Numbered from the stretch's first letter, positions 10,991 through 20,864 are shown. The stretch is DNA of 61,777 nt from Candidatus Omnitrophota bacterium (GCA_043797735.1 JAZDPH010000035.1:1-61777); one strand, 5' to 3'. Numbers and translations: made by a program. Notes: generated from the sequence alone by a model not told the origin.

Positions 10991-11086
10991 TTAACGCAGA
11001 TACACGCAGGCCTAACGCAGATAATCGCAGATATTCCAACGGGAATCTGCGTACATCTGCGTTAGATTTGCGAAAATCCGCGTTAA
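10991..11086. repeat. word-repeat hairpin (ACGCAGAT/ATCTGCGT words)
   Basis: The left arm, 4 copies of ACGCAG-like words (10991-11037), faces the right arm of CTGCGT/TTGCG words (11041-11086). Confidence 0.8.
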
Positions 11087-11123
11087 ATAAAAAGTATTTC
11101 ATTATTTTACGTAAGTTAGAATT

Positions 11124-12704
11124 ATGAATAAAGGGTATCTCTGTTTAGTCTTACACGGCCACCTTCCTTTTGTGCGCCATCCGGAATATGAAAATTTTCT
11201 GGAAGAGGAGTGGTTTTATGAGGCGATAACCGAGACCTACATTCCTTTAATACTGCTCTTTGAAAAATTGACGCGGGAAAAAATAGATTTCCGCCTGACC
11301 ATGACTTTAAGCCCGACGTTGATCTCTATGCTCAGCGACCCGCTGTTACAGGAGCGTTACCTGCGCCATATTAATAAGCTGGTCGAGCTTGCTCAGCGGG
11401 AGACAGAGAGGCTTAAAAATCAGGAGGATTTTAAGGGCCTGGCCCGGATGTATTACGAGCAGTTTTCTTCGGCGCGCGATACTTTTAATAGATATAACCG
11501 CAGCATAGTCGGGGCCTTTAAGAATTTGCAGGAGCTGGGGAAGCTGGAGATTATCACCTGCGGCGCCACGCACGGATTCTTCCCGTTGATGGATGTATGC
11601 CGCCAGTCTATAAACGCGCAGGTTAAGGTAGCCGTCAGCCACTATGAGCGGGCTTTCGGCAGAGCGCCAAAAGGAATATGGCTGGCGGAATGCGGGTACA
11701 TCCCCGGAGTTGAGCAGATTCTGCAAGATGCCGGGATTAATTATTTTTTTGTCGATGCCCACGGAATCCTAAACGGGGCGCCCCGGCCTAAATACGGAGT
11801 ATTTGCCCCGGTTTATTGCAAGGGTTCGCAGGTGGCCTGCTTCGGAAGGGACCTGGAATCCTCAAAGCAGGTTTGGTCTTCCGTAGAGGGCTATCCAGGA
11901 GATTATAATTACCGTGAGTTCTACCGCGATATCGGTTTTGACCTGGATCATAACTACATCAAGCCCTATATCCACCCCGACGGCATAAGGATAAATACCG
12001 GAATTAAATACTACCGTATTACCGGTACCACCAGCCATAAAGAGGCATATGTTCCTGCCCGGGCAAGGGAAAAGGCGGCGGAGCACGCCGGGAATTTCAT
12101 GTTTAACCGGCAGAAACAGGCGGGATACCTGTTTGATTTTATGCGCAAGAAGCCGATCATGGTTTCTCCCTACGACGCCGAACTATTCGGCCACTGGTGG
12201 CATGAAGGGGTCCAGTGGCTGGAGTTTCTTTTTAGAAAAATTGCCTTTGACCAGGATGAAATCCGTCTGATTACGCCTTCGGAGTACCTGACGGAGAATC
12301 CGCGTAATCAAATAATCGCCCCGTCAATGTCCAGCTGGGGGTGGAAGGGGTATAACGAGATGTGGCTGCAGGGGCCTAACGACTGGACTTACCGCCATCT
12401 GCATGCCGCTTCAGGGCGGATGACGGAGCTGGCCGGGAGCTTTGCCCGGGTAAACGGAATATTAAAGAGGGCATTGAACCAGGCGCTGAGGGAGCTATTG
12501 CTTGCGCAGAGTTCGGATTGGGCATTTATAATGGGAACGGGTACGCATACCGATTATGCGGTGCGCCGCACTAAGGAGCATCTCTTAAGGTTTAACCGCC
12601 TCTACGAAGAGATCAAATCAGGTTCTGTTAATGAGGGTTGGCTTGGCGATATTGAAAGCAAGGATAATATATTTCCGGAGATAGATTACAGGACACATAA
12701 ATAA
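11124..12704 (+). CDS. glycoside hydrolase family 57 1,4-alpha-glucan branching enzyme
   Basis: 526 aa. The N-terminus LCLVLHGHLPFVRHPE...EEWFYEAITETYIPLI and the later ELFGHWWHEG are characteristic of GH57 branching enzymes. Confidence 0.85.
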   Translation: MNKGYLCLVLHGHLPFVRHPEYENFLEEEWFYEAITETYIPLILLFEKLTREKIDFRLTMTLSPTLISMLSDPLLQERYLRHINKLVELAQRETERLKNQEDFKGLARMYYEQFSSARDTFNRYNRSIVGAFKNLQELGKLEIITCGATHGFFPLMDVCRQSINAQVKVAVSHYERAFGRAPKGIWLAECGYIPGVEQILQDAGINYFFVDAHGILNGAPRPKYGVFAPVYCKGSQVACFGRDLESSKQVWSSVEGYPGDYNYREFYRDIGFDLDHNYIKPYIHPDGIRINTGIKYYRITGTTSHKEAYVPARAREKAAEHAGNFMFNRQKQAGYLFDFMRKKPIMVSPYDAELFGHWWHEGVQWLEFLFRKIAFDQDEIRLITPSEYLTENPRNQIIAPSMSSWGWKGYNEMWLQGPNDWTYRHLHAASGRMTELAGSFARVNGILKRALNQALRELLLAQSSDWAFIMGTGTHTDYAVRRTKEHLLRFNRLYEEIKSGSVNEGWLGDIESKDNIFPEIDYRTHK

Positions 12705-12787
12705 ACGCGGAACCACGCTGAACTGTACGCAGAACCACGCACTACAGTTTCCGCGTAGTTCAGCGTAGAATTCCGCGTAGTTCAGCG
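12705..12787. repeat. word-repeat hairpin (ACGCGGAA, CGCTGAACT words)
   Basis: The arms AACGCGGAACCACGCTGAACTGTACGCAGAACCACGC and TTCCGCGTAGTTCAGCGTAGAATTCCGCGTAGTTCAGCG fill the whole GH57-uppS spacer. Confidence 0.8.
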
Positions 12788-13519
12788 ATGATAGATAAAA
12801 ATAATATTCCCAAACATGTGGCCATAATAATGGACGGCAACGGCCGCTGGGCAAAGGAAAGGGGCCTGCCGCGGGCCGTCGGACACCGCGAAGGCGTCGG
12901 AAGGGTCAGGGAGACTATTAGGATAGCTTCGGAGTTAGGGGTAAAGGTTTTGACCTTCTTTGCCTTTTCTACGGAGAATTGGTCCAGGCCCAAAAACGAA
13001 ATCAAGGTACTGATGCGCTATCTGGACGATTTTCTAGCCACTCAGGTGAAGGAATTAGATAAAAATAATATTCGCCTTAAGGTCATAGGTAGCGGCGATC
13101 CTATCCCGCAACAACTGCAGAATAAGATTCAGAAAGCCCAGGAACAGACCAAAGATAATATCCGTATGACCGTAGTCCTTGCGTTTAATTACGGCTCCAG
13201 GCAGGAGATAGCCGAGGCGGCTAAGAGGCTTGCCCAGGATATCTTAATGGGTAAGGTTAAAATAGAAGAGGTTGATGATACGTTTTTTAGCCGCTACCTT
13301 TATACCGCGGGCCTGCCTGACCCGGATCTCCTGATCCGCACCAGCGGCCAGATGCGCGTTAGTAATTTTCTTCTTTGGCAGATTTCTTATGCGGAGTTAT
13401 ATTTTCCCGAAAAATACTGGCCCTCTTTCAGGAAAAAGGATTTTGAAGAGGCAATAGAGGAATACCAGAGGAGGGAAAGAAGATTTGGGGGGATTTATGC
13501 TTCTAAAAAGGATAATTAG
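12788..13519 (+). CDS. uppS: undecaprenyl diphosphate synthase
   Basis: HVAIIMDGNGRWA, FAFSTENW and IRTSGQMRVSNFLLWQ motifs. Confidence 0.95.
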   Translation: MIDKNNIPKHVAIIMDGNGRWAKERGLPRAVGHREGVGRVRETIRIASELGVKVLTFFAFSTENWSRPKNEIKVLMRYLDDFLATQVKELDKNNIRLKVIGSGDPIPQQLQNKIQKAQEQTKDNIRMTVVLAFNYGSRQEIAEAAKRLAQDILMGKVKIEEVDDTFFSRYLYTAGLPDPDLLIRTSGQMRVSNFLLWQISYAELYFPEKYWPSFRKKDFEEAIEEYQRRERRFGGIYASKKDN

Positions 13520-14297
13520 CTCTCTGGCGCTCATCGGTATTATCATCATAACGATATTGTTTAAATTTATTTTCAATATCGCAATAGTTATCTTTACGGT
13601 GATAGGGTTATATGAATTTTTTACCATGCTGGAGAAGAAGGGGATAGGCATTTATAAATATTTCGGAATCGGCATCGGCATTATTATCCCGCTTTCGATA
13701 ATGTTTGGTTTTGAGACCACCAAGAAATGGGAACTGCTCTTTATCATATTGGCGCTGCTTTTCTTAATCATTATGCAGTTTCGCCGCCGCGAAACCTCAG
13801 GCGTCATCGTAGCAATTTCTACGACACTATTCGGGATACTTTATGTCTCCTGGTTTTTCAGTTTCCTGATTAAAATCCGTTACCTGGGAAATGGCGCAGG
13901 GCTCTTGGCCAGCATTCTTTTGATTACAAAATTGGGGGATATCGGGGCGTATCTGGTAGGCTCGCGTTTCGGTAAGACTCCGCTTATCCCGCGCATCAGC
14001 CCCAAGAAATCCGTAGAGGGGGCAATCGGGGGGCTGTTTTTTAGCGTATTGGGGGCGCTGGTAAGCGCGCCGTTCTTGCATTTGGCCTATGCGCATCTTA
14101 TTATTATGGGCGTTGCGCTGGGTGTGCTTGGCCAGCTGGGGGATTTGTCTGAATCCCTGATGAAACGCGACTGTCAGGTAAAAGATGCAGGGAGGATTCT
14201 TCCGGGCTTGGGGGGCGTGCTGGATTCTATCGATAGCCTGCTTTTTACCGCCCCGGCCTTTTATTTTTATTTGAGCCTTATCTTAGAAAAAGTTTAA
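13497..14297 (+). CDS. cdsA: phosphatidate cytidylyltransferase
   Basis: Multi-TM protein with the CTP-transferase signature SLMKRDCQVKDAG..LPGLGGVLDSIDS. The ORF opens at 13485 (TTG); the first ATG is at 13497. Confidence 0.9.
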   Translation: MLLKRIISSLALIGIIIITILFKFIFNIAIVIFTVIGLYEFFTMLEKKGIGIYKYFGIGIGIIIPLSIMFGFETTKKWELLFIILALLFLIIMQFRRRETSGVIVAISTTLFGILYVSWFFSFLIKIRYLGNGAGLLASILLITKLGDIGAYLVGSRFGKTPLIPRISPKKSVEGAIGGLFFSVLGALVSAPFLHLAYAHLIIMGVALGVLGQLGDLSESLMKRDCQVKDAGRILPGLGGVLDSIDSLLFTAPAFYFYLSLILEKV

Positions 14298-14299
14298 CC

Positions 14300-15478
14300 A
14301 TGGTCAACATCGCTGTATTAGGCTCGACCGGCTCCATTGGGATAAATACCCTGCAGGTAATAAGGAATTTTCCCGATAAATTCCGCGCCGTCGCCTTAAG
14401 CGCTAACTCCAATAGCGGGCTTCTGGAAAAACAGATCAGGGAATTCCGTCCGGCCTTTGCCTGCTTCGGAAATGCCGAGGGCGCCCGCAGGCTTAAAGCA
14501 AGCGGCATTGGCAAGAGGGTCAGGATCTTTGCCGCAGAGGCAGGCCTTGCGGAGATTGTTTCCGAAAAAAAAATAGACAAGGTAGTTATTGCCATAAGCG
14601 GTTCTGCCGCATTATTTCCTTTATTGAAGGCGATAGAATGCGGTAAAGAGATCGCCTTGGCCAATAAGGAATCTTTAGTCATCGCCGGCTCAATAATAAT
14701 GGCTTTGGCGCGCAAAAATAAAATAAAGATTATCCCTATTGACAGCGAGCAGTCGGCAATCTGGCAGTGCCTGGAGGCAGAAAGCGCCGCCAACATTAGG
14801 AATATTTATCTTACTGCTTCCGGCGGCCCTTTTAGAAATACCGCCCTTAGCAGGTTAAGGAATGTATCAGTAAGAGAGGTCCTTAAACACCCTAAATGGA
14901 AGATGGGGCGCAAAATCAGCGTAGACTCGGCTACCATGATGAATAAGGGCCTGGAGCTCCTGGAGGCGATGTCTTTATTCGGGGTATCAAGCGAAAAGAT
15001 AAAGATCCTGATACACCCGGAAGCGATAATTCATTCCATGGTTGAGTTCATAGACGGGGCAATCCTTGCGCAGTTATCGGCTACCGATATGCGCATACCA
15101 ATTCAATATGCCCTTTCTTACCCTGCCAGGCTGGCTAATGATGCTGCCGCCTTGAGGGTGGATTTCTGCAAATTAAAAGGCCTGCATTTCCAGAAGCCTA
15201 ATCTTATGAAGTTTCCTTGTTTAAGATTAGCGTATCTGGCGGCCTCGGAATCAGGGACGCTTCCGGCGGTACTAAATGCCGCCAATGAGATAGCAGTGAA
15301 TGAATTCTTAAGGGGCGGGTTAAAATTTGTTTACATATATAATGTAATTGAAAAGGTAATTGCGCGGCACCGTAATAGGCGCAATCCTAAGCTAGAGGAT
15401 ATCCTTAATGCGGATAGTTGGGCCCGGCGTCAGGCGCATGAGATTATCAAGATGTTTTACACAGATTCACACAGATGA
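14300..15478 (+). CDS. dxr: 1-deoxy-D-xylulose 5-phosphate reductoisomerase
   Basis: LGSTGSIG, LANKESLV, IDSEQSAI and TASGGPFR motifs. The last codons overlap the left arm of a word-repeat hairpin. Confidence 0.95.
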   Translation: MVNIAVLGSTGSIGINTLQVIRNFPDKFRAVALSANSNSGLLEKQIREFRPAFACFGNAEGARRLKASGIGKRVRIFAAEAGLAEIVSEKKIDKVVIAISGSAALFPLLKAIECGKEIALANKESLVIAGSIIMALARKNKIKIIPIDSEQSAIWQCLEAESAANIRNIYLTASGGPFRNTALSRLRNVSVREVLKHPKWKMGRKISVDSATMMNKGLELLEAMSLFGVSSEKIKILIHPEAIIHSMVEFIDGAILAQLSATDMRIPIQYALSYPARLANDAAALRVDFCKLKGLHFQKPNLMKFPCLRLAYLAASESGTLPAVLNAANEIAVNEFLRGGLKFVYIYNVIEKVIARHRNRRNPKLEDILNADSWARRQAHEIIKMFYTDSHR

Positions 15479-15550
15479 AATAACCGGATGCACACAGATC
15501 TTGGCCTGATATATCTGTGTGTATCCTAAAGGTATCTGTGTGTATCTGTG
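15457..15550. repeat. word-repeat hairpin (CACAGAT/ATCTGTG words)
   Basis: TTACACAGATTCACACAGATG...GCACACAGATC faces ATATCTGTGTGTATC...GGTATCTGTGTGTATCTGTG. The left arm encodes the last residues of Dxr. Confidence 0.8.
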
Positions 15551-15579
15551 AAATGAAAGGTTTTTCAGGGGTCTAAAAT

Positions 15580-16662
15580 ATGATTACTTTGTTTATCTTT
15601 TTAGCAATACTGGGGACATTAATCCTCGTTCATGAATTCGGGCACTTTATCGCCGCCAAGCGCCTGGGCGTAAAGATAGAAAGGTTTTCTATAGGTTTCG
15701 GCCCGAGGTTATTTAAGAAAAAAAAAGGCGATACCGAATATTGCCTGAGCCTCATACCGCTGGGCGGTTTTGTCAAGCTTGCCGGAGATAATCTGGCGGA
15801 GTATAAAGGCAAGAAGTACGAATATTTTTCCCGGCCGCCGGGTCAGCGCGCCCAGATAATATTTGCCGGCTCGCTTTTTAATTATATCCTCGGGTTTCTG
15901 TGTTTCTGGATAATATTCTTTTCCGGATACCCTACGCTTACCAGCAGGGTCGGGGGGTTAGTTGATGGTTTTGGGGCAAAGGGGGCGGGCCTGCGCATAG
16001 GCGATGAGATTACCGCCGTAGACGGCCGAAAGGTTGCCTCATGGGAGGAGCTGCAGAATATAATTCTGGACCGTAAGGCAGAGGAGATGGTGCGGCTGGC
16101 GGTGTTACGCGGCAGCAGGGAGTTCAACGTGAAGGTCTCTCTTAAGGAGAAGCAGTTTGACGATGTATTGGGCCAGAAACAAAAAGTGGGGCTCCTGGGC
16201 ATAACCCCTGATTTAGAGAATACGGTTTATGTAAGATACGGTTTCTTTAAATCTTTTTTGCTGGGGATAAATAAAACCGTGGTTTTGACCCAATTAACTT
16301 ATAAGGGGTTGTGGAGGATGATTACAGGCAAGATTGCGGTGCGGGATTCAGCAGCCGGGCCGCTGGGCATATTTTTTATAACCTCCAAGGTTGCCCGGCA
16401 GGGGATGCCCGCGCTCCTAAATTTCATCGGGATAATCAGCGTAAGCCTGGCTTTGTTTAACCTCCTGCCCCTGCCGGTCCTTGACGGAGGGCATATCTTA
16501 TTTTTGGTAATTGAGAAGCTCAGGGGAAAGGCCTTAAGCATCAAGTGCGAACACATCATTACCCAGATAGGCCTGACTTTAATCATCTCCTTATTTTTGT
16601 TCGTGACTTATAACGATATTATGAGGATTTTCGGCAGCAAGATAATCGGTTTTTTGAAGTAA
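15580..16662 (+). CDS. rseP: RIP (site-2) zinc metalloprotease
   Basis: HEFGH motif in TM1, a central PDZ-like segment, and the NLLPLPVLDGGH motif. Confidence 0.9.
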   Translation: MITLFIFLAILGTLILVHEFGHFIAAKRLGVKIERFSIGFGPRLFKKKKGDTEYCLSLIPLGGFVKLAGDNLAEYKGKKYEYFSRPPGQRAQIIFAGSLFNYILGFLCFWIIFFSGYPTLTSRVGGLVDGFGAKGAGLRIGDEITAVDGRKVASWEELQNIILDRKAEEMVRLAVLRGSREFNVKVSLKEKQFDDVLGQKQKVGLLGITPDLENTVYVRYGFFKSFLLGINKTVVLTQLTYKGLWRMITGKIAVRDSAAGPLGIFFITSKVARQGMPALLNFIGIISVSLALFNLLPLPVLDGGHILFLVIEKLRGKALSIKCEHIITQIGLTLIISLFLFVTYNDIMRIFGSKIIGFLK

Positions 16663-16664
16663 CT

Positions 16665-17750
16665 ATGAAGATAAAAAGGCAGAAGACTAGGGCGGTAACT
16701 GTGGGGGGCATAAAAATCGGCGGGGATAATCCGGTTACTATTCAGTCTATGGTTAAATATAAAACCGCCGATATCAAGAAGGCCCTTGGCCAGATCAGGG
16801 GCCTAGAGCGGGCCGGCTGCGAAATTGTACGGGTGGCGGTAAGAGACAACCCGGATGCAGAGGCAATCAAGGAGCTTAAGCGCGATATGCGCATCGGGCT
16901 GGTTGCCGATATACATTTTGATTGGCGCCTGGCAATGAAGGCAATTGCCAGCGGCGCGGATAAAATAAGGCTCAATCCCGGTAATATATATAGGAAAGAG
17001 GAGATTAAGGAGATAGCTGCTGCGGCAAGGGCAAAGCGTATTCCAATCAGGGTGGGGGTTAATTCGGGGTCAATAAGAGAGCGCCCTTTGGCTTCGCTTA
17101 GGGCGGGCCGGGGCCTTGCGGATAGAATGGTAAAAAGCGCGCTGGATTATATAAAGATGCTAGAGGGCTTTAAGTTTTATGATATCGTTGTTTCCCTGAA
17201 GGGTTCAAATATAATGGATACGGTTATTGCCTGCCGCAAATTCTCAAGGCTCTGCCGGTATCCTTTGCACCTTGGCGTTACTGCTGCGGGCCTGCCTGCC
17301 TCAGGGGTGGTAAAATCCAGCATTGCGTTAGGGATCTTGTTATCGGAAGGCATTGGTGATACAATAAGGGTGTCGCTGACGGATAAGCCCCAACGGGAAG
17401 TGGCGGCTGCAAAAGCGATCCTGGAATCTTTGGGGCTGCGCCGTTTTGGCCCGGAGATTATCAGTTGCCCAACTTGTGGCCGCTGCGAGGTAGATTTGGT
17501 TGATATTGTTAAAGAGGTAGAAAATCGTCTTTCGTCCATCGTCTTTCGTCCATCGTCTCGCCCGCCAACGATGGCGATAATGGGCTGCGTAGTAAACGGC
17601 CCGGGCGAGGCAAGGCAGGCTGATATCGGCATTGCCTTTGGCAAAAAAGAGGGCCTGTTGTTTAAAAAAGGCAAGCCCGTAAAAAAGGTTGCGGCTGCTA
17701 AATGCGCCGAGATTCTAGTTAAGGAATTTAAAAAATATGCTCTGGAGTAA
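16665..17750 (+). CDS. ispG: 4-hydroxy-3-methylbut-2-enyl diphosphate synthase
   Basis: IQSM, RVAV, SCPTCGR and GCVVNGPGEA motifs. Contains an in-frame 14-nt tandem repeat at 17524-17558. Confidence 0.95.
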   Translation: MKIKRQKTRAVTVGGIKIGGDNPVTIQSMVKYKTADIKKALGQIRGLERAGCEIVRVAVRDNPDAEAIKELKRDMRIGLVADIHFDWRLAMKAIASGADKIRLNPGNIYRKEEIKEIAAAARAKRIPIRVGVNSGSIRERPLASLRAGRGLADRMVKSALDYIKMLEGFKFYDIVVSLKGSNIMDTVIACRKFSRLCRYPLHLGVTAAGLPASGVVKSSIALGILLSEGIGDTIRVSLTDKPQREVAAAKAILESLGLRRFGPEIISCPTCGRCEVDLVDIVKEVENRLSSIVFRPSSRPPTMAIMGCVVNGPGEARQADIGIAFGKKEGLLFKKGKPVKKVAAAKCAEILVKEFKKYALE

Positions 17751-18921
17751 GGCTTTTATACCGACGCAGAAAGAGGCGCCGCAGGAGGCAGAGTCAGTAA
17801 GCCACAGGCTGCTCTTGCGGGCGGGCCTGGTTCGCATGCTTATGGCCGGGGTGTATTCTTATCTGCCGCTGGGCCTTTTAGTACTGCGTAATATTGAAAA
17901 GATAATCCGCCAGGAGATGGAGGCCTGTTGTTCGGCAGGCGAGCTGCTCTTGCCGGGCCTGCAGCCGCTGGAATTATGGCAGAGGAGCGGCCGCGACAAG
18001 GAGATTGCCGAGGTGATGTTTAAGGTTAATGACCGCAGGAACAGGAAGTTATGCCTGGGGCCTACGCACGAAGAGGCGATCACTGACCTGCTAAAGAACC
18101 ACATCTCTTCCTATAAGCAATTACCTCTTGTTTTATATCAGATACAGACTAAATTCCGCGACGAAATCCGGCCGCGCTTCGGCCTGGTGAGGGCCTGTGA
18201 ATTTATTATGAAGGACGCTTATAGTTTTGACCGGGATGAGGCGGGGCTGGATAAAAATTATAAAGCCATCTATGATGCCTACGGCAGGATCTTTGCCAGA
18301 TGCGGGTTAGAGGTTTTGGTTACCGAGGCAGATCCCGGGGTAATGGGCGGTAAGCTTTCCCATGAATTTATGGCGCCGGCCGCAGGGGGCGAGGATGTGG
18401 TTGAGCAGAATTCTAAAAAGATAAACTGCATTGAAGTAGGGCATATTTTTAAACTGGGGACAAAATACAGCGCCAAGCTTGGGGCAAACTTTCTCGATGA
18501 AAAGGGGAAACTTTCGTCCGTTATAATGGGCTGTTATGGCATCGGCGTCTCGCGCCTGATTTCGGCAATTATCGAGCAGAATAATGATAAAGACGGCATT
18601 ATCTGGCCGCTAGAAACAGCGCCCTATAAGGTTATTGTCCTGCCTTTGGATGCGGGGCAAAAAGATATTATGGACTCAGCCGTACAGGTATATAATGAAT
18701 TAAGGCACAAAGGCATAACCGCGCTCCTTGATGACCGTGATGAAAGAGCGGGTGTTAAGTTTAAGGATGCCGATCTTTTAGGCATACCTTTACAGGTAAT
18801 AATCGGCAGGGAGTCCCTGCAGAAAAAGGCGGTGGAGTTAAAGATACGCCGCAGCAATCAGAAGGTTCAGGGGCCGCAAAAAGAAATCCTGGAACAAATA
18901 GGCGGGATTGTTAATGGATAG
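17737..18921 (+). CDS. proS: prolyl-tRNA synthetase, bacterial type lacking the INS editing domain
   Basis: Class II motifs are present (FRDEIRPRFGLVRACEFIMKDAYSF; GCYGIGVSRL) with an anticodon-binding C-terminus. It is only 394 aa, and the motif-2 to motif-3 spacer is about 10 aa. Confidence 0.9.
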   Translation: MLWSKAFIPTQKEAPQEAESVSHRLLLRAGLVRMLMAGVYSYLPLGLLVLRNIEKIIRQEMEACCSAGELLLPGLQPLELWQRSGRDKEIAEVMFKVNDRRNRKLCLGPTHEEAITDLLKNHISSYKQLPLVLYQIQTKFRDEIRPRFGLVRACEFIMKDAYSFDRDEAGLDKNYKAIYDAYGRIFARCGLEVLVTEADPGVMGGKLSHEFMAPAAGGEDVVEQNSKKINCIEVGHIFKLGTKYSAKLGANFLDEKGKLSSVIMGCYGIGVSRLISAIIEQNNDKDGIIWPLETAPYKVIVLPLDAGQKDIMDSAVQVYNELRHKGITALLDDRDERAGVKFKDADLLGIPLQVIIGRESLQKKAVELKIRRSNQKVQGPQKEILEQIGGIVNG

Positions 18922-19369
18922 GACGGCTGTTAATGAAGTCAAGCTCTTGCTTGAAGGGTTCTTGCGCGCCAAGGGCGTGGATTTGGTTGAGATTATCTGC
19001 CGCTATGAAGGCAGGGATCTTGTTGTGAGGATTCTGCTGGATTATCCCGGCGGCGGCATAACTTTGGGTGAATGTACCGCCCTGAATAAAGAGATAAGTT
19101 TGATGCTGGAGGAGAAGTATGTTTCAGAAGAGCGCTATGCCCTGGAGGTTTCTTCTCCCGGGCTTGATCGGCCGCTTAAGAGCAAAAATGATTTCTTGCG
19201 TTGTAGAAACAAAAGAGTAAGGGTCTTTTTAAGCGATTTAATAAACGGAAAACTTGAATGGGAGGGCCTGATAGATAAGGTGGATGAGCAGGCGGTTTAT
19301 GTTAAGAGAGGCGAAGAGGTAATAGAGATACCTTTGTGTAAAATAAATAAGGCAAAACAAGTGTTTTAA
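18914..19369 (+). CDS. rimP: ribosome maturation factor RimP
   Basis: LEVSSPGLDRPL motif and its position upstream of nusA. The ORF opens at TTG 18908; the first ATG is at 18914. Confidence 0.85.
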   Translation: MDRTAVNEVKLLLEGFLRAKGVDLVEIICRYEGRDLVVRILLDYPGGGITLGECTALNKEISLMLEEKYVSEERYALEVSSPGLDRPLKSKNDFLRCRNKRVRVFLSDLINGKLEWEGLIDKVDEQAVYVKRGEEVIEIPLCKINKAKQVF

Positions 19370-19398
19370 TAGTGCAGTTAACAAAATGATAACAGTTT

Positions 19399-19495
19399 TA
19401 AGGGATAGTAAGGGGTAGGATGGGGCAGTAAGGGGGGCTTTAAAAAATTCCCCTACTACCCCCTACTATCCCTTCCTATCCCATACTACCCCTTA
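19399..19495. repeat. word-repeat hairpin (TAGTAAGGGG/CCCCTACTA words) between rimP and nusA
   Basis: A G-rich arm (19399-19437) faces a C-rich arm (19450-19495). Confidence 0.8.
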
Positions 19496-19534
19496 GACGT
19501 AGGCAATATTAAACTAAATTAAGAGGAGCAAGAC

Positions 19535-20782
19535 ATGAGCCAGGAACTATTAAACATCATTGAACAGATAGAAAGAGAAAAGGGCATCAAGAAAGAAATT
19601 TTGATTAAAGCGGTTGAAAGCGCGCTGCTAAGCGCGGCAAGGAAGGTCGTTGGGGCTGCCCCCGATGAGGAGCTAAGAGTGGAGATTGACCCTGCTACCG
19701 GCAAGATGCTTGTTTTTAAGAATAACGAAGAGATTAAGTCTATAGGCTTCGGCCGCATTGCCGCGTCTACGGCGCGGCAGGTAATTATCCAGAAGATCCG
19801 CGAGGCTGAAAAGGACGTGGTCTTTCATGAATTCCAGGGCAGGGTCGGAGAGATTGTCAGCGGGACGGTCTATCGTTTTGAGAAAGGCAACATCATCGTT
19901 GACCTTTTAGGGAAAGCCGAAGGCATGCTCCTGAAACGGGAACAGTCCTCCAAGGAGGAGTTCAGACAGGGGCAGCGTATCCGCGCCTATATTTTGGAGG
20001 TGGAGAAAGACGCCAAGGGCCCGCAGATAATACTTTCGCGCGCCCACCCGAATCTGGTAAAAAAACTTTTCGAACTTGAGGTGCCCGAGATTTATGACGG
20101 CATTGTGGAAATTAAAGCCATCTCCCGCCAGGCCGGCGAGCGCACTAAAATCGCAGTTTGGTCAAAAAACGAAAAGGTTGATTCCGTGGGGGCCTGCGTA
20201 GGGATGCGCGGCAACCGGGTAAGGAATATAGTCAACGAGCTTCAAGGGGAAAAAATTGATATCGTCCGTTACAGCGAGGATATCAAGGAATATATTAAAG
20301 CCGCGCTTTCTCCGGCGAAGGTTTCCGAAATAAAACTGGATAAAGAGAATGCAAAGGCTGAGGTTATCGTTGAAGATGACCAGCTTTCCCTGGGTATCGG
20401 AAAGCACGGACAGAATGTGCGCCTGGCCTGCCGGCTGATCGGCTGGGGGCTGGATATCCGCACCAAGGCCCAGCTTGCAGAGCGGGCTAAAAAAGCCGCC
20501 GAAGAGCTACAGGCAGCTGCTGCCGCTGAAGAAGAGAAAACAACTACCTCTAAAAAGAAGGGCACAAAGAAGAAAGCTAAAGCGACGGCAGAAAAAGAGG
20601 CCGCCGCACTGGAGAGCATCGCCGGCATAGGAGAAAAGACTTTAGGACTGCTTAAGAAAGCGGGACTTAAAAGCGCGCAGGATTTAGCCGGCGCCAAAAT
20701 TGAGGAACTGACAAAGGTTAAGGGTATCGGAGAGAAAAAGGCCGAGAAATTAATTGCGCAGGCCAAGAAGATAAAGCAATAA
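19535..20782 (+). CDS. nusA: transcription termination/antitermination factor NusA
   Basis: N-terminal domain, S1 domain, KH domains (GACVGMRGNRV, GKHGQNVRLA) and a C-terminal HhH segment. RBS AAGAGGAG. Confidence 0.95.
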   Translation: MSQELLNIIEQIEREKGIKKEILIKAVESALLSAARKVVGAAPDEELRVEIDPATGKMLVFKNNEEIKSIGFGRIAASTARQVIIQKIREAEKDVVFHEFQGRVGEIVSGTVYRFEKGNIIVDLLGKAEGMLLKREQSSKEEFRQGQRIRAYILEVEKDAKGPQIILSRAHPNLVKKLFELEVPEIYDGIVEIKAISRQAGERTKIAVWSKNEKVDSVGACVGMRGNRVRNIVNELQGEKIDIVRYSEDIKEYIKAALSPAKVSEIKLDKENAKAEVIVEDDQLSLGIGKHGQNVRLACRLIGWGLDIRTKAQLAERAKKAAEELQAAAAAEEEKTTTSKKKGTKKKAKATAEKEAAALESIAGIGEKTLGLLKKAGLKSAQDLAGAKIEELTKVKGIGEKKAEKLIAQAKKIKQ

Positions 20783-20796
20783 AAAAATTTATTTAT

Positions 20797-20864
20797 GATT
20801 ACACAGATTTTTAAAAAGATTCCACAGATTAAAACATAATTATTTTCTAACTATCTGTGTAATC
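20797..20864. repeat. hairpin with CACAGAT/ATCTGTG words between nusA and infB
   Basis: GATTACACAGAT (20797-20808) pairs with ATCTGTGTAATC (20853-20864). Confidence 0.7.

Noticed and set aside
10945-11127. 60-aa + strand ORF between the DUF4912 and GH57 genes
   Set aside because: It is translated from the ACGCAG/CTGCGT word-repeat hairpin (..NADTRRPNADNRRYSNGNLRTSALDLRKSAL..), so it is a repeat artefact.
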